DNA of 60,380 bases, the filler included, from Nemertoderma westbladi (Eukaryota; Animalia; Xenacoelomorpha), in assembly GCA_032718475.1 (NCBI GenBank). It is 3 parts of 3 records of this genome, joined end to end, with 100 filler letters (N's around TTAATTAATTAA, not from the genome) between each part and the next. Parts side by side here need not be neighbours in the genome. Positions count along the whole stretch, not along the records: positions 1 to 27,222 come from JAUCBJ010004626.1; 2 more parts are not named here. The stretch is one strand, 5' to 3'. Position 1 is the first letter of the stretch, and the number at the start of each line of letters is the position of its first letter. Shown one piece after another: positions 1 through 13,145 of this stretch. The notes beneath the pieces are model-generated. The model worked only from the letters and a program-made list of their open reading frames with translations. It ran no database searches and had not been told where the DNA came from. The translations under genes were made by a program, and so were the position numbers.

Positions 1-3000
1 CCAAGTTGGAAGAAAAGGGTAGGAATACATCGGTGGAAGAACAGAGTTGAAAGAACAGGGTAGGAATACATCGGTGGAAGAACAGAGTTGAAAGAACAGG
101 GTAGTAATACAGACAGAGGTGGAAGAACACAGTTGTAAGAACAGGGTAGGAATACATCGGTGGAAGAACAGAATAGGAAGAACAGGGTAGTAATACATCG
201 GTGGAAGAACAGAATAGGAATACTGAGGTGGAAGAACACAGTTGTAAGAACAGGGTAGGAATACATCGGTGGAAGAACAGAGTTGAAAGAACAGGGTAGG
301 AATACATCGGTGGAAGAACAGAGTTGAAAGAACAGGGTAGGAATACATCGGTGGAAGAACAGAGTTGAAAGAACAGGGTAGGAATACAAACAGAGGTGGA
401 AGAACAGAGTTGAAAGAACAGGGTAGGAATACATCGGTGGAAGAACAGAGTAGGAAGAACAGGGTAGTAATACATCGGTGGAAGAACAGAATAGGAATAC
501 TGAGGTGGAAGAACAGAATAGGAATACAGAGGTGGAAGAACAGGGTAGGAATACATCGGTGGAAGAACAGAGTTGAAAGAACAGGGTAGGAATACATCGG
601 TGGAAGAACAGAGTAGGAAGAACAGGGTAGTAATACATCGGTGGAAGTACAGAATAGGAATACTGAGGTGGAAGAACAGAATAGGAATACAGAGTTGAAA
701 GAACAGGGTAGGAATACATCGGTGGAAGAACAGAGTTGAAAGAACAGGGTAGGAATACATCGGTGGAAGAACAGAGTTGAAAGAACAGGGTAGGAATACA
801 TCGGTGGAAGAACAGAGTAGGAAGAACAGGGTAGTAATACATCGGTGGAAGAACAGAATAGGAATACTGAGGTGGAAGAACAGAATAGGAATACAGAGGT
901 GGAAGAACACAGTTGTAAGAACAGGGTAGGAATACATCGGTGGAAGAACAGAGTTGAAAGAACAGGGTAGGAATACATCGGTGGAAGAACAGAGTTGTAA
1001 GAACAGGGTAGGAATACATCGGTGGAAGAACAGAGTTGAAAGAACAGGGTAGTAATACAGACAGAGGTGGAAGAACAGAGTAGGAATACATCGGTGGAAG
1101 AACAGAGTTGAAAGAACAGGGTAGGAATACATCGGTGGAAGAACACAGAGTTGAAAGAACAGGGTAGGAATACATCGGTGGAAGAACAGAATAGGAATAC
1201 TGAGGTGGAAGAACAGAATAGGAATACATCGGTGGAAGAACAGAGTTGAAAGAACAGGGTAGGAATACATCGGTGGAAGAACAGAGTTGTAAGAACAGGG
1301 TAGGAATACATAGGTGGAAGAACAGAGTAGGAATACAGACAGAGGTGGAAGAACAGAGTTGTAAGAACAGGGTAGGAATACAGACAGAGGTGGAAGAACA
1401 AAGTTGTAAGAACAGGGTAGGAATACATCGGTGGAAGAACAGAGTAGGAATACAGACAGAGGTGGAAGAACAGGGTAGGAATACATCGGTGGAAGAACAG
1501 AGTAGGAATACAGACAGAGGTGGAAGAACAGAGTTGTAAGAACAGGGTAGGAATACAGACAGAGGTGGAAGAACAGAGTAGGAATACATCGGTGGAAGAA
1601 CAGAGTTGAAAGAACAGGGTAGGAATACATCGGTGGAAGAACAGAGTAGGAAGAACAGGGTAGTAATACATCGGTGGAAGAACAGAATAGGAATACTGAG
1701 GTGGAAGAACAGAATAGGAATACAGAGGTGGAAGAACAGAATAGGAATACATCGGTGGAAGAACAGAGTTGAAAGAACAGGGTAGTAATACAGACAGAGG
1801 TGGAAGAACACAGTTGTAAGAACAGGGTAGGAATACATCGGTGGAAGAACAGAGTTGAAAGAACAGGGTAGTAATACAGACAGAGGTGGAAGAACACAGT
1901 TGTAAGAACAGGGTAGGAATACATCGGTGGAAGAACAGAGTTGAAAGAACAGGGTAGTAATACAGACAGAGGTGGAAGAACACAGTTGTAAGAACAGGGT
2001 AGGAATACATCGGTGGAAGAACAGAGTTGAAAGAACAGGGTAGTAATACATCGGTGGAAGAACAGAGTAGGAAGAACGGGGTAGGAATACAGACAGAGGT
2101 GGAAGAACAGAGTTGAAAGAACAGGGTAGGAATACAGACAGAGGTGGAAGAACAGAGTTGAAAGAACAGGGTAGTAATACAGACAGAGGTGGAAGAACAG
2201 AGTTGAAAGAACAGGGTAGTAATACAGACAGAGGTGGAAGAACACAGTTGTAAGAACAGGGTAGGAATACATCGGTGGAAGAACAGAGTTGAAAGAACAG
2301 GGTAGGAATACAGACAGAGGTGGAAGAACAGAGTTGAAAGAACAGGGTAGTAATACAGACAGAGGTGGAAGAACAGAGTTGAAAGAACAGGGTAGGAATA
2401 CATCGGTGGAAGAACAGAGTTGAAAGAACGGGGTAGGAATACATCGGTGGAAGAACAGAGTTGTAAGAACAGGGTAGGAATACAGACAGAGGTGGAAGAA
2501 CAGAGTAGGAATACTGAGGTGGAAGAACAGAGTTGGAATACAGATGTGGAACGGAAGAACCAAGTTGGAAGAAAAGGGTAGGAATACTTAGGTGGAAGAA
2601 CAGAGTAGGAATACTGAGGTGGAAGAACAGAATAGGAATACTGAGGTGGAAGAACAGAGTAGGAATACATCGGTGGAAGAACAGAGTAGGAATACATCGG
2701 TGGAAGAACAGAGTTGAAAGAACAGGGTAGGAATACATCGGTGGAAGAACAGAATAGGAATACTGAGGTGGAAGAACAGAATAGGAATACATCGGTGGAA
2801 GAACAGAGTTGAAAGAACAGGGTAGTAATACATAGGTGGAAGAACAGAATAGGAATACTGAGGTGGAAGAACAGAGTAGGAATACATCGGTGGAAGAACA
2901 GAGTAGGAATACATCGGTGGAAGAACAGAGTTGAAAGAACAGGGTAGGAATACATCGGTGGAAGAACAGAGTTGAAAGAACAGGGTAGTAATACATAGGT

Positions 3001-6000
3001 GGAAGAACAGAATAGGAATACTGAGGTGGAAGAACAGAATAGGAATACTGAGGTGGAAGAACAGAGTTGTAAGAACAGGGTAGGAATACAGACAGAGGTG
3101 GAAGAACACAGTTGTAAGAACAGGGTAGGAATACATAGGTGGAAGAACAGAATAGGAATACATCGGTGGAAGAACAGAGTTGAAAGAACAGAGTAGTAAT
3201 ACAGATAGAGGTGGAAGAACACAGTTGTAAGAACAGGGTAGGAATACAGACAGAGGTGGAAGAACACAGTTGTAAGAACAGGGTAGGAATACATAGGTGG
3301 AAGAACAGAGTTGTAAGAACAGGGTAGGAATACAGACAGAGGTGGAAGAACAGAGTTGAAAGAACAGGGTAGGAATACTGAGGTGGAAGAACAGAGTAGG
3401 AATACAGAGGTGGAAGAACAGAGTTGAAAGAACAGGGTAGGAATACAGACAGAGGTGGAAGAACACAGTTGTAAGAACAGGGTAGGAATACATAGGTGGA
3501 AGAACAGAGTAGGAATACTGAGGTGGAAGAACAGAATAGGAATACAGAGGTGGAAGAACAGAGTTGTAAGAACAGGGTAGGAATACAGACAGAGGTGGAA
3601 GAACACAGTTGTAAGAACAGGGTAGGAATACATAGGTGGAAGAACAGAGTAGGAATACAGAGGTGGAAGAACAGAGTAGGAATACAGACAGAGGTGGAAG
3701 AACACAGTTGTAAGAACAGGGTAGGAATACACAGTTGAAAGAACAGGGTAGGAATACTGAGGTGGAAGAACAGAATAGGAATACAGAGGTGGAAGAACAG
3801 AGTTGTAAGAACAGGGTAGGAATACAGACAGAGGTGGAAGAACACAGTTGTAAGAACAGGGTAGGAATACAGACAGAGGTGGAAGAACACAGTTGTAAGA
3901 ACAGGGTAGGAATACATAGGTGGAAGAACAGAGTAGGAATACAGAGGTGGAAGAACAGGGTAGGAATACAGACAGAGGTGGAAGAACACAGTTGAAGGAA
4001 CAGGGAAGGAATACAGACAGAGGTGGAAGAACACAGTTGAAAGAACAGGGTAGTAATACAGACAGAGGTGGAAGAACACAGTTGAAAGAACAGGGTAGTA
4101 ATACAGACAGAGGTGGAAGAACACAGTTGTAAGAACAGGTTAGGAATACTGATGTGGAAGAACAGAATAGGAATACAGAGGTGGAAGAACAGAGTTGTAA
4201 GAACAGGGTAGGAATACAGACAGAGGTGGAAGAACACAGTTGTAAGAACAGGGTAGGAATACAGACAGAGGTGGAAGAACACAGTTGAAAGAACAGGGTA
4301 GTAATACAGACAGAGGTGGAAGAACACAGTTGAAAGAACAGGGTAGGAATACAGACAGAGGTGGAAGAACACAGTTGAAAGAACAGGGTAGTAATACAGA
4401 CAGAGGTGGAAGAACACAGTTGTAAGAACAGGGTAGGAATACAGACAGAGGTGGAAGAACACAGTTGAAAGAACAGGGTAGGAATACATAGGTGGAAGAA
4501 CAGAGTAGGAATACAGAGGTGGAAGAAAAGAGTTGTAAGAACAGGGTAGGAATACATAGGTGGAAGAACAGAGTAGGAATACATACGTGGAAGAACAGAG
4601 TAGGAATACAGATGTGGAACGGAAGAACCAAGTTGGAAGAACAGGGAAGGAATACTGAGGTGGAAGAACAGAGTAGGAATACAGACAGAGGTGGAAGAAC
4701 ACAGTTGTAAGAACAGGGTAGGAATACAGACAGAGGTGGAAGAACACAGTTGTAAGAACAGGGTAGGAATACATAGGTGGAAGAACAGAGTAGGAATACA
4801 GAGGTGGAAGAACAGAGTAGGAATACAGACAGAGGTGGAAGAACACAGTTGAAAGAACAGGGTAGGAATACAGACAGAGGTGGAAGAACACAGTTGAAAG
4901 AACAGGGTAGGAATACTGAGGTGGAAGAACAGAATAGGAATACAGAGGTGGAAGAACAGAGTTGTAAGAACAGGGTAGGAATACAGACAGAGGTGGAAGA
5001 ACACAGTTGTAAGAACAGGGTAGGAATACAGACAGAGGTGGAAGAACAGAGTTGAAAGAACAGGGTAGGAATACAACGGTGGAAGAACACAGTAGTAAGA
5101 ACAGGGTAGGAATACAGACAGAGGTGGAAGAACACAGTTGTAAGAACAGGGTAGGAATACATAGGTGGAAGAACAGAGTAGGAATACAGAGGTGGAAGAA
5201 CAGAGTTGTAAGAACAGGGTAGGAATACAGACAGAGGTGGAAGAACACAGTTGAAAGAACAGGGTAGGAATACAGACAGAGGTGGAAGAACACAGTTGAA
5301 AGAACAGGGTAGGAATACTGAGGTGGAAGAACAGAATAGGAATACAGAGGTGGAAGAACAGAGTTGTAAGAACAGGGTAGGAATACAGACAGAGGTGGAA
5401 GAACACAGTTGTAAGAACAGGGTAGGAATACAGACAGAGGTGGAAGAACAGAGTTGAAAGAACAGGGTAGGAATACATCGGTGGAAGAACACAGTTGTAA
5501 GAACAGGGTAGGAATACAGACAGAGGTGGAAGAACACAGTTGTAAGAACAGGGTAGGAATACTGAGGTGGAAGAACAGAGTAGGAATACAGATAGAGGTG
5601 GAAGAACAGAGTAGGAATACAGACAGAGGTGGAAGAACACAGTTGAAAGAACAGGGTAGGAATACAGACAGAGGTGGAAGAACACAGTTGTAAGAACAGG
5701 GTAGGAATACTGAGGTGGAAGAACAGAGTAGGAATACAGACAGAGGTGGAAGAACACAGTTGTAAGAACAGGGTAGGAATACAGACAGAGGTGGAAGAAC
5801 AGAGTTGTAAGAACAGGGTAGGAATACTGAGGTGGAAGAACAGAGTAGGAATACATATGTGGAACGGAAGAACCAATTTGGAAGAAAAGGGTAGGAATAC
5901 AGACAGAGGTGGAAGAACACAGTTGAAAGAACAGGGTAGGAATACAGACAGAGGTGGAAGAACACAGTTGAAAGAACAGGGTAGGAATACAGACAGAGGT

Positions 6001-9000
6001 GGAAGAACACAGTTGAAAGAACAGGGTAGTAATACAGACAGAGGTGGAAGAACACAGTTGTAAGAACAGGGTAGGAATACTGAGGTGGAAGAACAGAGTA
6101 GGAATACAGAGGTGGAAGAACAGAGTTGTAAGAACAGGGTAGGAATACATAGGTGGAAGAACAGAATAGGAATACTGAGGTGGAAGAACAGAATAGGAAT
6201 ACAGAGGTGGAAGAACAGAATAGGAATACAGAGGTGGAAGAACAGAGTTGTAAGAACAGGGTAGGAATACAGACAGAGGTGGAAGAACAAAGTTGTAAGA
6301 ACAGGGTAGGAATACAGACAGAGGTGGAAGAACAGAGTTGAAAGAACAGGGTAGTAATACAGACAGAGGTGGAAGAACACAGTTGTAAGAACAGGGTAGG
6401 AATACATCGGTGGAAGAACAGAATAGGAATACTGAGGTGGAAGAACAGAATAGGAATACAGAGGTGGAAGAACAGAGTTGTAAGAACAGGGTAGGAATAC
6501 AGACAGAGGTGGAAGAACAGAGTAGGAATACAGACAGAGGTGGAAGAACAGAGTTGAAAGAACAGGGTAGGAATACAGACAGAGGTGGAAGAACAGAGTT
6601 GAAAGAACAGGGTAGTAATACAGACAGAGGTGGAAGAACAGAGTTGTAAGAACAGGGTAGGAATACAGACAGAGGTGGAAGAACACAGTTGAAAGAACAG
6701 GGTAGGAATACATCGGTGGAAGAACAGAGTTGAAAGAACAGGGTAGGAATACAGACAGAGGTGGAAGAACAGAGTAGGAATACAGACAGAGGTGGAAGAA
6801 CAGAGTTGAAAGAACAGGGTAGTAATACAGACAGAGGTGGAAGAACACAGTTGTAAGAACAGGGTAGGAATACATCGGTGGAAGAACAGAGTTGAAAGAA
6901 CAGGGTAGGAATACATCGGTGGAAGAACAGAGTTGAAAGAACGGGGTAGGAATACATCGGTGGAAGAACAGAGTTGAAAGAACAGGGTAGGAATACAGAC
7001 AGAGGTGGAAGAACAGAGTAGGAATACTGAGGTGGAAGAACAGAATAGGAATACAGAGGTGGAAGAACAGAATAGGAATACAGAGGTGGAAGAACAGGGT
7101 AGGAATACAGAGGTGGAAGAACAGAGTTGTAAGAACAGGGTAGGAATACATCGGTGGAAGAACAGAGTAGGAATACAGACAGAGGTGGAAGAACACAGTT
7201 GTAAGAACAGGGTAGGAATACAGACAGAGGTGGAAGAACACAGTTGAAAGAACAGGGTAGGAATACATCGGTGGAAGAACAGAGTTGAAAGAACAGGGTA
7301 GGAATACAGACAGAGGTGGAAGAACAGAGTAGGAATACAGACAGAGGTGGAAGAACAGAGTTGAAAGAACAGGGTAGGAATACAGACAGAGGTGGAAGAA
7401 CAGAGTAGGAATACTGAGGTGGAAGAACAGAATAGGAATACAGAGGTGGAAGAACAGAATAGGAATACAGAGGTGGAAGAACAGGGTAGGAATACAGAGG
7501 TGGAAGAACAGAGTTGTAAGAACAGGGTAGGAATACATCGGTGGAAGAACAGAGTAGGAATACAGACAGAGGTGGAAGAACACAGTTGTAAGAACAGGGT
7601 AGGAATACAGACAGAGGTGGAAGAACACAGTTGAAAGAACAGGGTAGGAATACATCGGTGGAAGAACAGAGTTGAAAGAACAGGGTAGGAATACATCGGT
7701 GGAAGAACAGAGTTGAAAGAACAGGGTAGTAATACAGACAGAGGTGGAAGAACACAGTTGTAAGAACAGGGTAGGAATACATCGGTGGAAGAACAGAATA
7801 GGAAGAACAGGGTAGTAATACATCGGTGGAAGAACAGAATAGGAATACTGAGGTGGAAGAACACAGTTGTAAGAACAGGGTAGGAATACATCGGTGGAAG
7901 AACAGAGTTGAAAGAACAGGGTAGGAATACATCGGTGGAAGAACAGAATAGGAATACTGAGGTGGAAGAACACAGTTGTAAGAACAGGGTAGGAATACAT
8001 ATGTGGAACGGAAGAACCAAGTTGGAAGAAAAGGGTAGGAATACATCGGTGGAAGAACAGAGTTGAAAGAACAGGGTAGGAATACATCGGTGGAAGAACA
8101 GAGTTGAAAGAACAGGGTAGGAATACATCGGTGGAAGAACAGAGTTGAAAGAACAGGGTAGTAATACAGACAGAGGTGGAAGAACACAGTTGTAAGAACA
8201 GGGTAGGAATACATCGGTGGAAGAACAGAATAGGAAGAACAGGGTAGTAATACATCGGTGGAAGAACAGAATAGGAATACTGAGGTGGAAGAACACAGTT
8301 GTAAGAACAGGGTAGGAATACATCGGTGGAAGAACAGAGTTGAAAGAACAGGGTAGGAATACATCGGTGGAAGAACAGAATAGGAATACTGAGGTGGAAG
8401 AACACAGTTGTAAGAACAGGGTAGGAATACATATGTGGAACGGAAGAACCAAGTTGGAAGAAAAGGGTAGGAATACATCGGTGGAAGAACAGAGTTGAAA
8501 GAACAGGGTAGGAATACATCGGTGGAAGAACAGAGTTGAAAGAACAGGGTAGTAATACAGACAGAGGTGGAAGAACACAGTTGTAAGAACAGGGTAGGAA
8601 TACATCGGTGGAAGAACAGAATAGGAAGAACAGGGTAGTAATACATCGGTGGAAGAACAGAATAGGAATACTGAGGTGGAAGAACACAGTTGTAAGAACA
8701 GGGTAGGAATACATCGGTGGAAGAACAGAGTTGAAAGAACAGGGTAGGAATACATCGGTGGAAGAACAGAGTTGAAAGAACAGGGTAGGAATACATCGGT
8801 GGAAGAACAGAGTTGAAAGAACAGGGTAGGAATACAGACAGAGGTGGAAGAACAGAGTTGAAAGAACAGGGTAGGAATACATCGGTGGAAGAACAGAGTA
8901 GGAAGAACAGGGTAGTAATACATCGGTGGAAGAACAGAATAGGAATACTGAGGTGGAAGAACAGAATAGGAATACAGAGGTGGAAGAACAGGGTAGGAAT

Positions 9001-11943
9001 ACATCGGTGGAAGAACAGAGTTGAAAGAACAGGGTAGGAATACATCGGTGGAAGAACAGAGTAGGAAGAACAGGGTAGTAATACATCGGTGGAAGAACAG
9101 AATAGGAATACTGAGGTGGAAGAACAGAATAGGAATACAGAGTTGAAAGAACAGGGTAGGAATACATCGGTGGAAGAACAGAGTTGAAAGAACAGGGTAG
9201 GAATACATCGGTGGAAGAACAGAGTTGAAAGAACAGGGTAGGAATACATCGGTGGAAGAACAGAGTAGGAAGAACAGGGTAGTAATACATCGGTGGAAGA
9301 ACAGAATAGGAATACTGAGGTGGAAGAACAGAATAGGAATACAGAGGTGGAAGAACACAGTTGTAAGAACAGGGTAGGAATACATCGGTGGAAGAACAGA
9401 GTTGAAAGAACAGGGTAGGAATACATCGGTGGAAGAACAGAGTTGTAAGAACAGGGTAGGAATACATCGGTGGAAGAACAGAGTTGAAAGAACAGGGTAG
9501 TAATACAGACAGAGGTGGAAGAACAGAGTAGGAATACATCGGTGGAAGAACAGAGTTGAAAGAACAGGGTAGGAATACATCGGTGGAAGAACACAGAGTT
9601 GAAAGAACAGGGTAGGAATACATCGGTGGAAGAACAGAATAGGAATACTGAGGTGGAAGAACAGAATAGGAATACATCGGTGGAAGAACAGAGTTGAAAG
9701 AACAGGGTAGGAATACATCGGTGGAAGAACAGAGTTGTAAGAACAGGGTAGGAATACATAGGTGGAAGAACAGAGTAGGAATACAGACAGAGGTGGAAGA
9801 ACAGAGTTGTAAGAACAGGGTAGGAATACAGACAGAGGTGGAAGAACAAAGTTGTAAGAACAGGGTAGGAATACATCGGTGGAAGAACAGAGTAGGAATA
9901 CAGACAGAGGTGGAAGAACAGGGTAGGAATACATCGGTGGAAGAACAGAGTAGGAATACAGACAGAGGTGGAAGAACAGAGTTGTAAGAACAGGGTAGGA
10001 ATACAGACAGAGGTGGAAGAACAGAGTAGGAATACATCGGTGGAAGAACAGAGTTGAAAGAACAGGGTAGGAATACATCGGTGGAAGAACAGAGTAGGAA
10101 GAACAGGGTAGTAATACATCGGTGGAAGAACAGAATAGGAATACTGAGGTGGAAGAACAGAATAGGAATACAGAGGTGGAAGAACAGAATAGGAATACAT
10201 CGGTGGAAGAACAGAGTTGAAAGAACAGGGTAGTAATACAGACAGAGGTGGAAGAACACAGTTGTAAGAACAGGGTAGGAATACATCGGTGGAAGAACAG
10301 AGTTGAAAGAACAGGGTAGTAATACAGACAGAGGTGGAAGAACACAGTTGTAAGAACAGGGTAGGAATACATCGGTGGAAGAACAGAGTTGAAAGAACAG
10401 GGTAGTAATACAGACAGAGGTGGAAGAACACAGTTGTAAGAACAGGGTAGGAATACATCGGTGGAAGAACAGAGTTGAAAGAACAGGGTAGTAATACATC
10501 GGTGGAAGAACAGAGTAGGAAGAACGGGGTAGGAATACAGACAGAGGTGGAAGAACAGAGTTGAAAGAACAGGGTAGGAATACAGACAGAGGTGGAAGAA
10601 CAGAGTTGAAAGAACAGGGTAGTAATACAGACAGAGGTGGAAGAACAGAGTTGAAAGAACAGGGTAGTAATACAGACAGAGGTGGAAGAACACAGTTGTA
10701 AGAACAGGGTAGGAATACATCGGTGGAAGAACAGAGTTGAAAGAACAGGGTAGGAATACAGACAGAGGTGGAAGAACAGAGTTGAAAGAACAGGGTAGTA
10801 ATACAGACAGAGGTGGAAGAACAGAGTTGAAAGAACAGGGTAGGAATACATCGGTGGAAGAACAGAGTTGAAAGAACGGGGTAGGAATACATCGGTGGAA
10901 GAACAGAGTTGTAAGAACAGGGTAGGAATACAGACAGAGGTGGAAGAACAGAGTAGGAATACTGAGGTGGAAGAACAGAGTTGGAATACAGATGTGGAAC
11001 GGAAGAACCAAGTTGGAAGAAAAGGGTAGGAATACTTAGGTGGAAGAACAGAGTAGGAATACTGAGGTGGAAGAACAGAATAGGAATACTGAGGTGGAAG
11101 AACAGAGTAGGAATACATCGGTGGAAGAACAGAGTAGGAATACATCGGTGGAAGAACAGAGTTGAAAGAACAGGGTAGGAATACATCGGTGGAAGAACAG
11201 AATAGGAATACTGAGGTGGAAGAACAGAATAGGAATACATCGGTGGAAGAACAGAGTTGAAAGAACAGGGTAGTAATACATAGGTGGAAGAACAGAATAG
11301 GAATACTGAGGTGGAAGAACAGAGTAGGAATACATCGGTGGAAGAACAGAGTAGGAATACATCGGTGGAAGAACAGAGTTGAAAGAACAGGGTAGGAATA
11401 CATCGGTGGAAGAACAGAGTTGAAAGAACAGGGTAGTAATACATAGGTGGAAGAACAGAATAGGAATACTGAGGTGGAAGAACAGAATAGGAATACTGAG
11501 GTGGAAGAACAGAGTTGTAAGAACAGGGTAGGAATACAGACAGAGGTGGAAGAACACAGTTGTAAGAACAGGGTAGGAATACATAGGTGGAAGAACAGAA
11601 TAGGAATACATCGGTGGAAGAACAGAGTTGAAAGAACAGAGTAGTAATACAGATAGAGGTGGAAGAACACAGTTGTAAGAACAGGGTAGGAATACAGACA
11701 GAGGTGGAAGAACACAGTTGTAAGAACAGGGTAGGAATACATAGGTGGAAGAACAGAGTTGTAAGAACAGGGTAGGAATACAGACAGAGGTGGAAGAACA
11801 GAGTTGAAAGAACAGGGTAGGAATACTGAGGTGGAAGAACAGAGTAGGAATACAGAGGTGGAAGAACAGAGTTGAAAGAACAGAGTAGGAATACAGACAG
11901 AGGTGGAAGAACAGAGTAGGAATACAGATGTAGAATACAGGGT
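1..11943. repeat. Modular purine-rich satellite (27/31/41/45-bp monomers anchored on GGTGGAAGAAC), runs off the window start
   Basis: Continuous array of units such as GGTGGAAGAACAGAATAGGAATACTGA (27 bp) and GGTGGAAGAACAGAGTTGAAAGAACAGGGTAGGAATACATC (41 bp). Positions 1-~3430 recur at 8449-~11880 (ORF pairs 365/8813, 1246/9694, 2533/10981 and 2999/11447 are all offset by 8448). Confidence 0.98.
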
Positions 11944-12005
11944 GTAAAATATATGAGATAAATGATTAGTAATAAAAAGGGAGATTATTTTTGCGCAGCA
12001 ACTAT

Positions 12006-12822
12006 TACTATAACAAGGAGGCATGTCAATGCAAAATGTATTTCTTTCAAGCGCAAGGAATTTAAATGCCTTTACATGCACATCCACCGAAAATACAAAA
12101 ATAGAAATCAGAGATACGAAAAGATAATGGGGAGTAACGAATATTTTAGAGAAATCGTTTAAGTGTTGGCTGTTGTTGATGCACTTTGTGTTATGATATT
12201 TCGGGTTCTGGTATTTCTCAATGATGGTGATATGATATGCCAGTCAAAGAACCATAAATTGTAATCGTTTAGTCCCTACATATGTGGTAGTTATTAGTTA
12301 TTGGTGATCAGAAAGTCCCTACATGCGTTTGCATATTAAATATGAAGGCTAACTTATTTATTGTACAGTCGACTTCCCTCAGCTACTATAACAAGGAGGC
12401 ATGTCAATGCAAAATGTATTTCTTTCAAGCGCAAGGAATTTAAATGCCTTTACATGCACATCCACCGAAAATACAAAAATATAAATCGGAGATACGAACA
12501 GATAATGGGGAGTAACGAATATTTTAGAGAAATCGTTTAAGTGATGGCTGTTGTTGATGGTCTTTGTAATGGAGAGTAACGAATATTTTAGAGAAATCGT
12601 TTAAGTGTTGGCTGTTGTTGATGATATTTGTGTTATGATATTTCGGGTTCTGGTATTTCTCAATGATGGTGATATGATATGCCAGTCAAAGAACCATAAA
12701 TTGTAATTGTTAAGTCCCTATGAGGTAGTTTTTAGTTATTGGTGATCAGAAAGTCCCTGCATGCGTTTGCATATTAAATATGAAGGCTAACTTATTTATT
12801 GTACAGTCGACTTCCCTCAGCT
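12006..12822. repeat. Tandem duplication of a ~378-bp unique segment; second copy has an extra internal ~60-bp duplication
   Basis: TACTATAACAAGGAGGCATG starts at 12006 and 12384, and both copies end in GACTTCCCTCAGCT. TAATGGRGAGTAACGAATATTTTAGAG occurs twice in copy 2. Confidence 0.92.
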
Positions 12823-12886
12823 GCGGCAAAAAGTGTTACAGGTACAGGTGTAAAATTCCGTAAAGCTATGGATACGATACCATCCT

Positions 12887-13145
12887 CAGATAGGGGGGGG
12901 GGGGGGGGGGGGGGGGAAACTGGGCGCAATAAAAATTCATCCCTCTCCAGGGGAAATTCGACGCAAATAACAGCTGATAACTCTCAAAAATAAAACTGTA
13001 ACCTGTTCTATCGTGTTCAGTTTATTGTTTTGGTTAAAATAACGTGCCACTGTAACCTGCTCCTTTCCCTAAATTGATAATTTAACATTGAGGTGGGATA
13101 TTAATTCGCCAAGGATGGTTTTGCGTCCAGTTTCCCCCCTGTCTC
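12887..13145. mobile_element. hAT-like non-autonomous element (MITE), 259 bp
   Basis: Imperfect TIRs CAGATAG(G)nAAACTGGGCGCAA / TTGCGTCCAGTTTCCCCCCTGTCTC. 8-bp TSD ACCATCCT at 12879-12886 and 13146-13153. Related copies at 22101 and 51456. Confidence 0.85.

Noticed and set aside
2588-11611. Giant minus-strand ORFs (2807 aa and 2434 aa) and many short plus-strand ORFs
   Set aside because: By-product of a satellite whose + strand almost never contains TTA/CTA/TCA. All minus frames are open with the same peptides, and non-triplet unit lengths shuffle frames.
1-11943. CRISPR-like appearance (constant GGTGGAAGAAC anchor with variable intervening sequence)
   Set aside because: The intervening parts come from a few recurring variants rather than unique spacers; eukaryotic context and no cas genes.
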